Source: an archaeon (GTDB lineage: Archaea > Iainarchaeota > Iainarchaeia > Iainarchaeales > JAAZKV01). From it: a stretch of 64,000 nt of DNA. The notes under the pieces were generated by a model, which did no database searches, was not told the origin of the DNA, and worked only from the letters and a program-made list of their open reading frames with translations. Shown here in pieces: positions 50,612 through 60,390 of this stretch (the first letter of the stretch is position 1; every line of letters starts with the position of its first letter). The DNA is taken from assembly GCA_041653195.1 (NCBI GenBank), contig JBAZFU010000002.1, forward strand, positions 23,639 to 87,638, written 5' to 3'. Position numbers and translations under genes: made by a program.

Positions 50612-52495
50612 ATGCAATTCGATTACGCGAAACTCGGGCTCAAATGCGGGCTGGAAGTTCACCAACAGCTGGACACCGGAAAACTCTTTATCAGAACGCC
50701 GAGCAAACTCACGGACGAAATAAATTTCTCAGTAGAAAGAAAACTAAGACCTGTAGCATCGGAACTCGGAGAATACGACCGCGCGGCGCTGGACGCATTC
50801 AGGCGCGGAGAAAAATTCTGCTACACTGGAAACGCGGAAAATATTTCACTTGTTGAAATAGATGAGGAGCCGCCACAACCTCTGAACAAAGAAGCGCTAA
50901 AAACCGCGCTCGAAATAGCACTGCTTTCAAACAGCAAACCTGTGGACAAAGCAATCGTAATGAGAAAAACAGTTATTGACGGAAGCAACACCTCCGCATT
51001 CCAAAGAACAATGCTCGTTTCGCTCGGCGGAGAAATCGAAGCCGCGGGAAAAAAAATAGGCGTAGAACAAATAGTACTGGAAGAAGACGCGGCACGACCG
51101 ATAAAAAAAGAACACGGAATCGTTTACTACAATTTAGACAGACTCGGAATTCCGCTCGTTGAATTTACCACTGCCCCGGAAATAAAAAGTCCACAAGAAG
51201 CGATTGAAGTCGCGAGAAAAATCGGCGAAATAATGAGGCTTACAGGAAAAACGAAAAGAGGAAAAGGAACGATAAGACAGGATGTAAATATTTCAATCGC
51301 AGAGGGAGCGAGGTGTGAAATCAAAGGATGCCAGGAATTAGAAATGATTGGAACGGTTCTGGAAAAGGAAGTCGAACGGCAAATTGATTTGTTAGAATTG
51401 AAAAGAAAGCTGAACCAAATTTTCGCGGCACAAAAAACAAAACAACCGAACACCCAAAACATTTTCGGCGCACCGAAAGAAATTTCGGAAGCATTCGCAA
51501 ACACCGAAGCAAAATTCATAAAAGGAAGAAAAGCGTTCGGAATGAAACTCGGCGAAATGAAAGGAATTTTAGGAACAAAAATAGGCGCAAAAAGATTCGG
51601 AACGGAACTCAGCAACTACGCAAAAGCGGTCGGAGTTTCGGGATTGCTTCACAGGGACGAACTGCCCGCATACGGAATCTCGGAAAGCGAAGTCGAAACG
51701 GTTCTGAATGAGCTGGAATGCAACAAAAATGATTCATTTGTAATAATTGTTTCGGAAAAAGAAAAAGCGGAAAAAGCATTCGAAGAAATCAAAAAAAGAA
51801 TTTTAATCGCTTTTGAAAAAGTGCCTGAAGAAACAAGGGGGGCGCTGGAAGACGGCTCTTCAGAATACCAAAGGCCGCTTTCGGGCGAAGCAAGAATGTA
51901 CCCCGAAACAGACCTCCATGAAGAAGAAATTTCGGAAAAAATGCTCAAAAAAATTTCAAAGGAGCTGCCGAAAAGCGCGGAGCAAAGGAAAAAAAATTAT
52001 TTGAAATTGGGCTTAAGCGAACAACTCGCAGAAAAAATGAAGCTAAACAATTATGCGCGCTTCTTCGAAGAAGCGGTCAAAAGCGGGGCGAATGCTAAAA
52101 CGGCCGCCGCATTGCTGCTGGAACTTCTTGTCGAACTCAAAAGAGAAGGAATTGAAATTGATGAAATTGATTTAACGGAAGTAAAAGAAATTCTTGTCGC
52201 CGAAGCGAAAGGAAAAATCGGAAAAAGCCATTTGAGGCAGGCTGTAATCGAAATAAGCAGAGGAAGGGGCACGCAGAAAATAATTTCCGAACAGAAAAAA
52301 TTTGGCGAAAGCGAACTTGGAAAAAAAGTTAAAGAAATTGTTGAAAAAAACGCTGCACTCGTAAAAGCAAGGGGAATGGATGCAATAAAACCATTAATGG
52401 GAGATTTGATGAGAGATTCTGCGCTACGAGGAACCGACGGAAAAGTTTTGAGCGAACTGCTGAAAAAAGAAATTGAAAGAATCGAAAAAACCTAA
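50612..52495 (+). CDS. gatE: Glutamyl-tRNA(Gln) amidotransferase subunit E
   Basis: MQFDYAKLGLKCGLEVHQQLDT and the later GatB/E-type blocks (RQDVNISI, YPETDL). Start preferred at the ATG at 50612; the track ORF begins at 50576. Confidence 0.9.
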   Translation: MQFDYAKLGLKCGLEVHQQLDTGKLFIRTPSKLTDEINFSVERKLRPVASELGEYDRAALDAFRRGEKFCYTGNAENISLVEIDEEPPQPLNKEALKTALEIALLSNSKPVDKAIVMRKTVIDGSNTSAFQRTMLVSLGGEIEAAGKKIGVEQIVLEEDAARPIKKEHGIVYYNLDRLGIPLVEFTTAPEIKSPQEAIEVARKIGEIMRLTGKTKRGKGTIRQDVNISIAEGARCEIKGCQELEMIGTVLEKEVERQIDLLELKRKLNQIFAAQKTKQPNTQNIFGAPKEISEAFANTEAKFIKGRKAFGMKLGEMKGILGTKIGAKRFGTELSNYAKAVGVSGLLHRDELPAYGISESEVETVLNELECNKNDSFVIIVSEKEKAEKAFEEIKKRILIAFEKVPEETRGALEDGSSEYQRPLSGEARMYPETDLHEEEISEKMLKKISKELPKSAEQRKKNYLKLGLSEQLAEKMKLNNYARFFEEAVKSGANAKTAAALLLELLVELKREGIEIDEIDLTEVKEILVAEAKGKIGKSHLRQAVIEISRGRGTQKIISEQKKFGESELGKKVKEIVEKNAALVKARGMDAIKPLMGDLMRDSALRGTDGKVLSELLKKEIERIEKT

Positions 52496-52510
52496 AAATT
52501 AATAAAAAAG

Positions 52511-53335
52511 TTATAATTTTGAAAATTGCTCTGCCAACATTTTGCTTCTGTTTATCAAAACCTCAACTTTCACCTTCTTTTCAAAAATACGCGGATAAAA
52601 CTCTGTGAGGTTTATGCTTGAAATTTCCCTGTGGCGCAAAAAAGTTTCCTTTATTTTTTTCATCACATTCTTCGGATAAAAAATTTGAATAACATAATCG
52701 CCAAAAATTATCAAATCGGATTCATGGCGATGCTTGAAACCGGTTTTAACTTTGAAACCGAAGCCGGAATAATATTTCGCGCACCACTTGTCAATGACAG
52801 TATCTCCTCTGCAAAAAATCTCCAAATCTATTTTCTCGCCGATTTGTTTTATGGACAAATATTCTTTGAAGGAATAAAAAAGCGGCCACCACAAGTGTTC
52901 CAAAAACATTTTTGAGGAAACTTTTTTCTCGCTCCTCGGGTAGCTTTCAAGTTTCGAAAAAATAAACTTATCAACATCGGCAATTGTTTGGAATTCAAGC
53001 GAAAGGTTTCCATTCTCTCCAATTACCGGAAGACCTGCACCGTTGCAATAATTTAATTCGAGGTCGGCGGCAAAAGATTTTAGACCATTAATCCACTTTC
53101 GACTAAGAGAATAATCTTTCCCGCTCTTTTCAATAACGCCGTTTTCAACAAGATAAGAAATGGCCTTGAAAGTCGCCTGCAAACTGGAATCGGCGCCGTA
53201 TTTTCTTACCACGAGATGATGAACTTGCTTAAGAGAAAGAGGAAATTCAGTACTCAGAATTAGAACAACCAAATCCTTTACCGAATGCTCTTTGCTATGC
53301 GGGCCTATCTCAGGCACAAAAAGGTTCAGCGCCAT
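52511..53335 (-). CDS. Hypothetical protein with N-terminal winged-helix domain
   Basis: DLVVLILSTEFPLSLKQVHHLVVRKYGADSSLQATFKAISYLVENGVIEKSGKDYSLSRKW is wHTH-like. Start preferred at MALNLF (53335). Confidence 0.5.
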   Translation of the reverse strand: MALNLFVPEIGPHSKEHSVKDLVVLILSTEFPLSLKQVHHLVVRKYGADSSLQATFKAISYLVENGVIEKSGKDYSLSRKWINGLKSFAADLELNYCNGAGLPVIGENGNLSLEFQTIADVDKFIFSKLESYPRSEKKVSSKMFLEHLWWPLFYSFKEYLSIKQIGEKIDLEIFCRGDTVIDKWCAKYYSGFGFKVKTGFKHRHESDLIIFGDYVIQIFYPKNVMKKIKETFLRHREISSINLTEFYPRIFEKKVKVEVLINRSKMLAEQFSKL

Positions 53336-53426
53336 GAAATAACTCCGAAAAGAAAGGAATTTAACCTTTTGGTTTAAAACAACCAAACGGTTTAAAACGG
53401 CTAACTCGAAAAAAAGCATTCAAAAA

Positions 53427-53555
53427 TTAAACCATTTTCATTGCGCCCTTTCTCATTTTTCTCAAACATTTCTTGTGCCAGTACTGACCGGCCCAATTTT
53501 TATCACTGGGGGCTTTCCCGCAAAGGGAGCAGGGCTCGTTGTATTTTCCTTCCAT
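53427..53555 (-). CDS. Possible 42-aa zinc-finger-like micro-protein
   Basis: Below the track threshold. My translation is MEGKYNEPCSLCGKAPSDKNWAGQYWHKKCLRKMRKGAMKMV, with a CxxC...HxxC arrangement and a basic tail. It fills an otherwise empty 150-nt gap. Confidence 0.3.
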   Translation of the reverse strand: MEGKYNEPCSLCGKAPSDKNWAGQYWHKKCLRKMRKGAMKMV

Positions 53556-53575
53556 AATAACCATATCTCAACAAT

Positions 53576-54856
53576 TCAGTTGCTTAAAGATTTAAATTCT
53601 GAACCCTTGAAATCAAATGTTGCAAAATAATCCGCAGGGCTTTCCGCGCGCCGGATAAGTTTTACTTTTCCGTTTTCCTGAAGCAGAAGCTCCGTGGAGC
53701 GAAGCTTGCCGTTGTAATTGAATCCCATCGCATAACCATGACCACCCGCATTATGAATTGCAACAATATCTCCAATTTCGATTTTCGGAAACATCCTGTC
53801 AACAGCAAATTTATCATTGTTCTCGCACAACGAACCAACCACATCATACTTATTTGTAAGCTCGGCATTCCCCTTTCCAAGAACGGTAATATGATGATAG
53901 GCGCCGTAAAGCGCAGGCCTCATCAAATTAGCCATGCACGCATCCAAACCGATATACTCTTTGTAAATGTGCTTTTCATGAATTACCGTTGAAACCAGAT
54001 AACCAAAAGGCGCAGTCATCATTCTCCCGTTTTCCATAAATATTTTCAACGGAGCCAAACCATTTTTCACAATTATTTCATCATACTCGTGGCGAACGCC
54101 ATCAGAAACAACATTCAAATCAACTTCCTTCTGCTCAGGCCTGTAAGGAACGCCAATTCCTCCGCCCAAATTCACAAACTCAAATTTAATACCAACTTTC
54201 TTAGAAATCTCAGCAACAAGTTCGAAAAGCATCCGCGCGGTTTCAATAAATGCAGAAGCATCAAGCTCGTTAGAAGCAATCATCGTGTGAATGCCGAACC
54301 TTTTCACCCCTTTTTCCTTCATTGTTTTATAAGCTTCGAAAAGTTGCCCTCTAGTTAGACCATATTTTGCGTTCTCAGGATTCCCTATAACATTGCCCGC
54401 TTTTGTCTGCCTCAAAGGCCCAGGGTTATACCTGAAACAAATAATTTCAGGAATGCCTGCGCTTTTTTCAAGAAAAGAAATGTGCGTAATATCATCAAGA
54501 TTTATTATTGCACCGAGCTCTTTCGCTTTTTTAAATTCCCCCACAGGAGTGTCATTCGAAGTAAACATTATGCCTTCGCCAATGATTCCGACCTTTTCCG
54601 CAAGCAAAAGTTCAGGAAGAGAACTGCAATCGGCACCACAACCTTCCTCTTTCAAAATTTCCATAATGTAAGGGTTCGGGCACGCCTTAACGGCAAAATA
54701 TTCTTTGAAGCCCTTGCACCAGGAAAAAGCTTTGTAAAGCTTTCTCGCATTTTCTCTGATGCCTTTCTCATCATAAATGTGAAACGGCGTCGAATATTTT
54801 TTTGTTATTTCAATCATCTGTTTTTTTGTAAAAGGCAAATCAGAGTCCTTGTTCAT
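53576..54856 (-). CDS. lysA: Diaminopimelate decarboxylase (PLP-dependent Orn/DAP/Arg decarboxylase family)
   Basis: YFAVKACPNP (PLP Lys), NLGGGIGVPY, GSLCENNDKF and the HNAGGHGYAMGFNYNG blocks. It is the last gene of the dap operon. Confidence 0.8.
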   Translation of the reverse strand: MNKDSDLPFTKKQMIEITKKYSTPFHIYDEKGIRENARKLYKAFSWCKGFKEYFAVKACPNPYIMEILKEEGCGADCSSLPELLLAEKVGIIGEGIMFTSNDTPVGEFKKAKELGAIINLDDITHISFLEKSAGIPEIICFRYNPGPLRQTKAGNVIGNPENAKYGLTRGQLFEAYKTMKEKGVKRFGIHTMIASNELDASAFIETARMLFELVAEISKKVGIKFEFVNLGGGIGVPYRPEQKEVDLNVVSDGVRHEYDEIIVKNGLAPLKIFMENGRMMTAPFGYLVSTVIHEKHIYKEYIGLDACMANLMRPALYGAYHHITVLGKGNAELTNKYDVVGSLCENNDKFAVDRMFPKIEIGDIVAIHNAGGHGYAMGFNYNGKLRSTELLLQENGKVKLIRRAESPADYFATFDFKGSEFKSLSN

Positions 54857-54897
54857 AAAAAACACCAAAAAATTTAATTTCCACCATCAAAAAAGTT

Positions 54898-56121
54898 TTA
54901 AACTTTCAAATTATTTTTCACGCTCTCAACGGCTTTCAAAATGTTTTCCCTGTGACCAAAAGCGCTCACCCTAAAATAGCCTTCGCCGCTCGGACCAAAG
55001 CCGGAACCCGGAGTTACAACAACATGCGCTTCCGAAAGAATCTTATCGAAAAAATCCCACGACTTCATCCCGCCGGGAGTTTTTACCCACAAATAAGGCG
55101 CATTAATACCGCCGAAAACCTTCAAACCTTTTTCTTCAAGGCCTTTTTTTATTATGCCTGCATTTTCAAGATAATAATCAACAATTTTTTTGTTTTCAGC
55201 CAAACCTTCCGCGCTTAAAGACGCTATCCCCCCTTCCTGCGCAATATTCGAAGCGCCATTGAACATGGTACACTGCCTCCTGTTCCACAAAGAATTTATT
55301 TTTCCGGGAGAAGCGCCCTCCGCTACGAGAGATTTCGGAACAATCGACCACCCGAGCCTCACGCCCGTAAAGCCCGCACTCTTCGAAAAACTGTTTATTT
55401 CAATTGCACATTCTTTTGCGCCGTCAATTTCATAAATACTTTTCGGAAGGCTTTCATCAGTTATAAAAATCGCGTAAGCCGCATCAAAAATTATAATCGC
55501 CTTATTTTTCATCGCGTAATCGACAAATTTTTTGAGCTGCATTTTTGTTGCAACCGCCCCAGTCGGATTATTCGGAGAACACAAATAAATCAAATCAACT
55601 TTCTTTTCAGGAACGCTTGGAAAAAAACCGTTTTTTTCATTACAAGGCATGTAAACGAAACCCCTGTAAGTCCCATTAATTGATTCGCCGCTTCGCCCCG
55701 CAATAACATTACTATCAACATAAACCGGATACGCAGGATCCTGAACCGCAATCACCGAATCCTCGCTGAAAATCGACTGAATATTTGCGGAATCGGGTTT
55801 TGCGCCATCACTCACAAAAACTTCGTCCGCCTCAATCGAAACACCTCTGCCCGAATAAAAATTTGCAATCGCTTTCCTCAACCTCGCATCGCCTTGCTCA
55901 TCACCATAACCAGTATAAGTTTCAGTTTTACCAAGCTTTTCGACTCCAAACTGAAGAGCCTTAAGTATGCTCGACGCAAGGGGCTCCGTAGTGTTGCCTA
56001 TACCGAGGCGCATAACCTGAACACCCGGATTTTTTTCCTGAAAAAGCTTTGTACGCTTGGCGATTTCCGGAAACAAATACCCCGCAGCGAGCTTATCATA
56101 ATTCGAGTTCGTTTTAACCAT
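54898..56121 (-). CDS. dapL: LL-diaminopimelate aminotransferase
   Basis: N-terminal NYDKLAAGYLFPEIAKR, CSPNNPTG and NSFSKSAGFTGVRLGW (PLP Lys) match the DapL signature. Confidence 0.85.
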   Translation of the reverse strand: MVKTNSNYDKLAAGYLFPEIAKRTKLFQEKNPGVQVMRLGIGNTTEPLASSILKALQFGVEKLGKTETYTGYGDEQGDARLRKAIANFYSGRGVSIEADEVFVSDGAKPDSANIQSIFSEDSVIAVQDPAYPVYVDSNVIAGRSGESINGTYRGFVYMPCNEKNGFFPSVPEKKVDLIYLCSPNNPTGAVATKMQLKKFVDYAMKNKAIIIFDAAYAIFITDESLPKSIYEIDGAKECAIEINSFSKSAGFTGVRLGWSIVPKSLVAEGASPGKINSLWNRRQCTMFNGASNIAQEGGIASLSAEGLAENKKIVDYYLENAGIIKKGLEEKGLKVFGGINAPYLWVKTPGGMKSWDFFDKILSEAHVVVTPGSGFGPSGEGYFRVSAFGHRENILKAVESVKNNLKV

Positions 56122-56170
56122 TTACGCGCCCCTCAAAAATAATTTTTTTAAAATTCCTCCCAGAAAAAAA

Positions 56171-57064
56171 TCACTTCAAAATTTTTAGTTCCTTCATCAC
56201 CTGCAAAACCTTTTCCTTATGCTCCGCACTCATCTCGCACATCGGAAGCCTGTAAACTTCCTCGCACTTCCCCATTTGCGAAACCATGAACTTAATCGGA
56301 ATCGGATTCGTTTCAATAAACTCGGCGGAAAAAAGCGGAGCAAGTTCCTTGTTAACAATTTCCGCTTCACCAAATTTTCCTTCGAGCGCGAGGTTGACCA
56401 GCTTAACCATTCTGTCCGGAATGGCATTGCTTGCTACACTTATGACACCATTGCCTCCCGATTTAATCAATTCAAGCGCAATATTATCATCGCCGCTCAA
56501 AACGCTAAAACCATTCGGTCGCTGCGCAATAACATTCCTTATCTGGTTCATGTCACCCGAAGCTTCTTTTACTCCGACAACATTTTTACATTCAGCAACA
56601 ATTCTCATCAAAGTAGGAGTTTCAACATTAACCGCCGTTCGACCCTTGATATTGTAAACAATAACGGGAATTTTTACAGAATCAGCTATTGCTTTGAAGT
56701 GCCTGTAAAGCCCTTCCTGCGTCGGTTTGTTATAATAAGGATTAACTATGAGAAGCGCATCAGCACCGTCTGCCTCTGCGTGCTGCGAAAGCGAAATAGC
56801 CTCCTTCGTACTGTTACTGCCAGTGCCTGCAATAACCAAACATCTTCCCTTCACTTTCTTTATTGTAAATTTTATTACCTTCGCGTGCTCCTTATGGTCA
56901 AGCGTAGGGCTTTCTCCCGTAGTGCCGCATGGAACGATACCTGCCACACCTTTTTTTATCTGAAAATTAATTAATTTGCCCAAAGCTTGGTAATCAACAC
57001 CCTCATCCTTCTTGAAAGGAGTAATTATCGCGGTAAAAACACCCTCAAATTTTTTTTCAACCAT
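56171..57064 (-). CDS. dapA: 4-hydroxy-tetrahydrodipicolinate synthase
   Basis: TAIITPF, GIVPCGTTGESPTL, YNKPTQEGLY and VGVKEASGD (catalytic Lys). Confidence 0.9.
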   Translation of the reverse strand: MVEKKFEGVFTAIITPFKKDEGVDYQALGKLINFQIKKGVAGIVPCGTTGESPTLDHKEHAKVIKFTIKKVKGRCLVIAGTGSNSTKEAISLSQHAEADGADALLIVNPYYNKPTQEGLYRHFKAIADSVKIPVIVYNIKGRTAVNVETPTLMRIVAECKNVVGVKEASGDMNQIRNVIAQRPNGFSVLSGDDNIALELIKSGGNGVISVASNAIPDRMVKLVNLALEGKFGEAEIVNKELAPLFSAEFIETNPIPIKFMVSQMGKCEEVYRLPMCEMSAEHKEKVLQVMKELKILK

Positions 57065-57126
57065 TAAAACGCCTCCAAAAAAATTATTTAAATTATTTAT
57101 CTTTCAAATTGTTCATTCCCCTAAAA

Positions 57127-57885
57127 TTATTTTTCCTCACCGATTATTCCATTCATCAAATCATCAATACTAAAAAACCCTTTTTTGCCATTTACAAACT
57201 CGGCGGCGAGAACAGCACCGAAAGCAAAGCCCTCGCGCCCTCGCGCAATATGCTTCAACTCAATCGTATCCACGGGACAATCGAACAAAACCGCATGGGT
57301 TCCGGGAATCGAGCCGCACCGCACGCTTGCAACATGAAGTTCGTCCGCTTCAGGCTTTCTGTCAGTAAAACGATCGGCAACAATTTTTTTCTTGCGCGGC
57401 ATATTTTCAAGAATTATTTTTCCGATTATCTGGGCGCTGCCGCCAGGAGAATCCTTTTTCTGATTGTGATGAATCTCATAAACCGCCGCATCATACTCTG
57501 GCAGTTTATCGGCCATTTTCGAAACCGATTTAACTGCGCGAAAAAAAACATTCATTCCGATGCTGAAGTTCCCGCTCCACAAACAGCCGATTCCTTCGAC
57601 TGCCTTTTTCATTTCATCAGTTTTTCCGTACCATCCAGTTGTCCCTATAACAAGATTCTTTTTCAAACTAGAAACTTTTTTCGCATTTTCCAAAACTGAA
57701 TTCGCATTCGTAAAATCAACACAAACATCAACGCCCGAGAGGCTTTGAGAATTTATTTCCCTAAAATCCGCGCTATCCGCGAAAGAATCGATTTTCACAA
57801 CCGAGTGATTTCTTTCAAGAGCGGCTTTTTCCACCGCTTTGCCCATTTTACCGTAACCAATCAGCGCGATTTTCAAGGAACCCAC
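57127..57885 (-). CDS. dapB: 4-hydroxy-tetrahydrodipicolinate reductase
   Basis: IALIGYGKMGKAV (NAD(P)-binding), VIGTTGW, SGNFSIGMN and EIHHNQKKDSPGGSA (E.HH..K.D.PSGTA-type motif). Confidence 0.9.
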   Translation of the reverse strand: MGSLKIALIGYGKMGKAVEKAALERNHSVVKIDSFADSADFREINSQSLSGVDVCVDFTNANSVLENAKKVSSLKKNLVIGTTGWYGKTDEMKKAVEGIGCLWSGNFSIGMNVFFRAVKSVSKMADKLPEYDAAVYEIHHNQKKDSPGGSAQIIGKIILENMPRKKKIVADRFTDRKPEADELHVASVRCGSIPGTHAVLFDCPVDTIELKHIARGREGFAFGAVLAAEFVNGKKGFFSIDDLMNGIIGEEK

Positions 57886-57925
57886 ACCGCAAAATTACTG
57901 CCGCAAAAAGATTATAAAACAACAA

Positions 57926-58366
57926 TTACGCTTCCAAACCGAGAAGATTAATTGCCTTTTTCAAAGAATCCTTGTTGTCCTTGTGAGTGAGCCTTGCAAC
58001 CGCTTCCTCCGGAAAAAACCATTTGAAAGAATCGTGCTCTATTTCTTTTTCGCCGTTCTCAAGAATTGCCTGATGCTCGAAACTTATTTTGGAATTGCTT
58101 GAAACACGAACCAAATAATTCGTTATCCGCGAAGGAACCTTCCGCACCCTGTCAAAAAATTCCGCCTCGTTCACCTTCGAAACCAGCTCAAATTTTTTTA
58201 TTCCGGTTTCCTCAAACAATTCCCTTCCGACCGCGCTTTGAGAATCCTCTCCATCGTTAAGACCGCCCTTCGGATACTCCCAGCCGCGCCAGTTCAGGAT
58301 TCGGTGAAGAAGCAAAAATCTTTCCCCGTCAAAAACAATCAGCCCGACAAGTTCTCTTCTGTTCAT
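57926..58366 (-). CDS. NUDIX hydrolase
   Basis: Canonical Nudix box GGLNDGEDSQSAVGRELFEETGI. Confidence 0.85.
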   Translation of the reverse strand: MNRRELVGLIVFDGERFLLLHRILNWRGWEYPKGGLNDGEDSQSAVGRELFEETGIKKFELVSKVNEAEFFDRVRKVPSRITNYLVRVSSNSKISFEHQAILENGEKEIEHDSFKWFFPEEAVARLTHKDNKDSLKKAINLLGLEA

Positions 58367-58422
58367 GCAATCAAAAAAGATTCTTCAATATAAATAAAAA
58401 GGCGAGCATAAGGGATTGCTTT

Positions 58423-59451
58423 ATGCCGAAAGTTTATCTAAAAAAAATAGATTCTTATTCAAAAACAAAAGAAATCAGCTCCTCTGCGGCGGAACTTCTT
58501 GAAAAAGTTGCACAAGAAAACGGAATAAAATTCAGAGGCGAAATACCGATAAAAGTGCACTTCGGCGAGAGAGGAAACGCGACTTTCATTGGAGCGGAAA
58601 ATTTTAAGGCCCTTGCGGAGCAAGTGAAAAAAAGCGGGGCAATCCCGTTTTTCACCGACACGAATGTACTTTACAAGGGAGAGAGAATCAAAGAGGAAAC
58701 ACACATTGCGCTTGCAAAAAAACACAACTTCGATTATTTGCCGATAAAAATTGCGGACGGGAAAACCGGCGACGATTTCAAAGAAGTTGAAATAAACAAA
58801 AAACATTTCAAAAAATGCAGAATCGGAAAAAAAATTGCAGACGCAAATCAAATGATAGTGCTCGCGCACTTCAAGGGGCATATGCTCGCAGGATTCGGCG
58901 GCGCACTCAAACAATTAGGAATGGGGTGCGCATCAAGAGCGGGAAAACTCGCGATGCACTCAAACTCGAAGCCCGCACTCAACCCACTCAAATGCAAAAA
59001 ATGCAAACTCTGCGTTCAGAGTTGCCCTTCCGACGCGATAATAATAGACATTATTCCGAGAATTGACTCTAATAAATGCACCGGCTGTGCAAAGTGCATC
59101 GCAGTTTGCCCGAACGGCGCGATGAATATTAATTGGTTATCCATTCTGCCAAACACATTCACAGAAAAACTGGCGGAATACGCTTACGCCGCACAAAAAG
59201 ACAAAGAAGTTATTTACATAAACTTTGTTTTGAATATTACAAAGGACTGCGACTGCATGGGACACAAAATGAAACCTATTTACAAGGACTTGGGCGTTCT
59301 GGCATCCACGGATGCGGTCGCGTTGGACAAAGCGTGCTTTGATTTGCTGAGCGAACAGGAAGGGAAAAAAGTTTTCGGCGGAGAACACGTATTCGATTAC
59401 GCCGAAGAAAACGGGCTCGGAAAAAAAGAATACACACTAATAAAAATTTAA
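58423..59451 (+). CDS. DUF362-domain protein with inserted 2x[4Fe-4S] ferredoxin domain
   Basis: Two CxxCxxCxxxCP motifs (CKKCKLCVQSCP and CTGCAKCIAVCP). The N-terminal part PIKVHFGERGN...FFTDTNVLY is DUF362-like. Confidence 0.65.
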   Translation: MPKVYLKKIDSYSKTKEISSSAAELLEKVAQENGIKFRGEIPIKVHFGERGNATFIGAENFKALAEQVKKSGAIPFFTDTNVLYKGERIKEETHIALAKKHNFDYLPIKIADGKTGDDFKEVEINKKHFKKCRIGKKIADANQMIVLAHFKGHMLAGFGGALKQLGMGCASRAGKLAMHSNSKPALNPLKCKKCKLCVQSCPSDAIIIDIIPRIDSNKCTGCAKCIAVCPNGAMNINWLSILPNTFTEKLAEYAYAAQKDKEVIYINFVLNITKDCDCMGHKMKPIYKDLGVLASTDAVALDKACFDLLSEQEGKKVFGGEHVFDYAEENGLGKKEYTLIKI

Positions 59452-59478
59452 AAAAACTCTTGAAAAAATAACAAAAAT

Positions 59479-60333
59479 TCATTTTACCCTTTGGACTAAC
59501 AAACACCCTGCGTGCAAAGCATATTCATTTCTTTCATATGGCGCCTTATAATAAAACTTTGCTCTGAAACCGCGCTTTTCAAAAGCCCTTTCTATTCCAT
59601 CCATCTCCTGCCTCAAAGATATTCTTTTGCCGCGCTTTGGAGTTTCAAGCAAAGTAGCCGCTTGTTTTAAACCATGAAGATTTTTTTTTACGCCCGCATC
59701 GAAAATTATTGCCATAATCCCGCCACGATTTAAAGCAGATGCAAATTTTAACAGATGCGCCTTTTGAATTGAGTTCATAGAGTAAGTTATTGACCCGTTA
59801 TAAGACACAATCCAATCAACAGGAGACTTTGGAAAATAGAGCTCCGCCGGACCCGTTACAATTCGATCTATTTTTCCAACAGTTCTTAACTCCTTTAAAG
59901 ATTCGTTTTCTTTGACCGCCAATGCAGTTGTTTTGCACGGAATTCCGTTAATTGCAAGCAACTCCTTAAGCGTTGCCAAAAAATATCCTTGCCCAGCACC
60001 GTCTTCAACAATCGCAAGCGGTCGATTTCCCTTTCTAGGAATTATTTTTGCAACATCCACCCATTGGGATTCCAACTGACGCTGCCATAGAAACTCACTG
60101 TTACTCACCACTTGGGGGCGAGTACGATTATGCACATTTATCCCAAAAAAATCAGCAAAGCGCGACTCAAAAGCAAACCCATAATTAAAAAATCGTCGCT
60201 CATCTTTCCAGAAATATTTACTTTCTTGCTGGCCATACCTCTTCAAAGTGCGCGCTCTTTTTATGAACTTTTCGCGATTGGCACGAATTTTTTGCCTCAT
60301 TACTTTACGCGACCGAACCATTCTTGAATCCAT
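59479..60333 (-). CDS. SAM-dependent methyltransferase (class I fold), substrate unknown
   Basis: Motif I-like LAIVEDGAGQGYF and a later acidic loop. Basic N-terminal region. Confidence 0.5.
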   Translation of the reverse strand: MDSRMVRSRKVMRQKIRANREKFIKRARTLKRYGQQESKYFWKDERRFFNYGFAFESRFADFFGINVHNRTRPQVVSNSEFLWQRQLESQWVDVAKIIPRKGNRPLAIVEDGAGQGYFLATLKELLAINGIPCKTTALAVKENESLKELRTVGKIDRIVTGPAELYFPKSPVDWIVSYNGSITYSMNSIQKAHLLKFASALNRGGIMAIIFDAGVKKNLHGLKQAATLLETPKRGKRISLRQEMDGIERAFEKRGFRAKFYYKAPYERNEYALHAGCLLVQRVK

Positions 60334-60390
60334 AATAAGTATTTCGCAATCTGCAATTTATATTCTTTTCCTTAAAAATTCTAATGTAAT

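Noticed and set aside
56219-56974. 251-aa plus-strand ORF antisense to dapA
   Set aside because: The DapA motifs on the minus strand are clear. The antisense translation is low-complexity.
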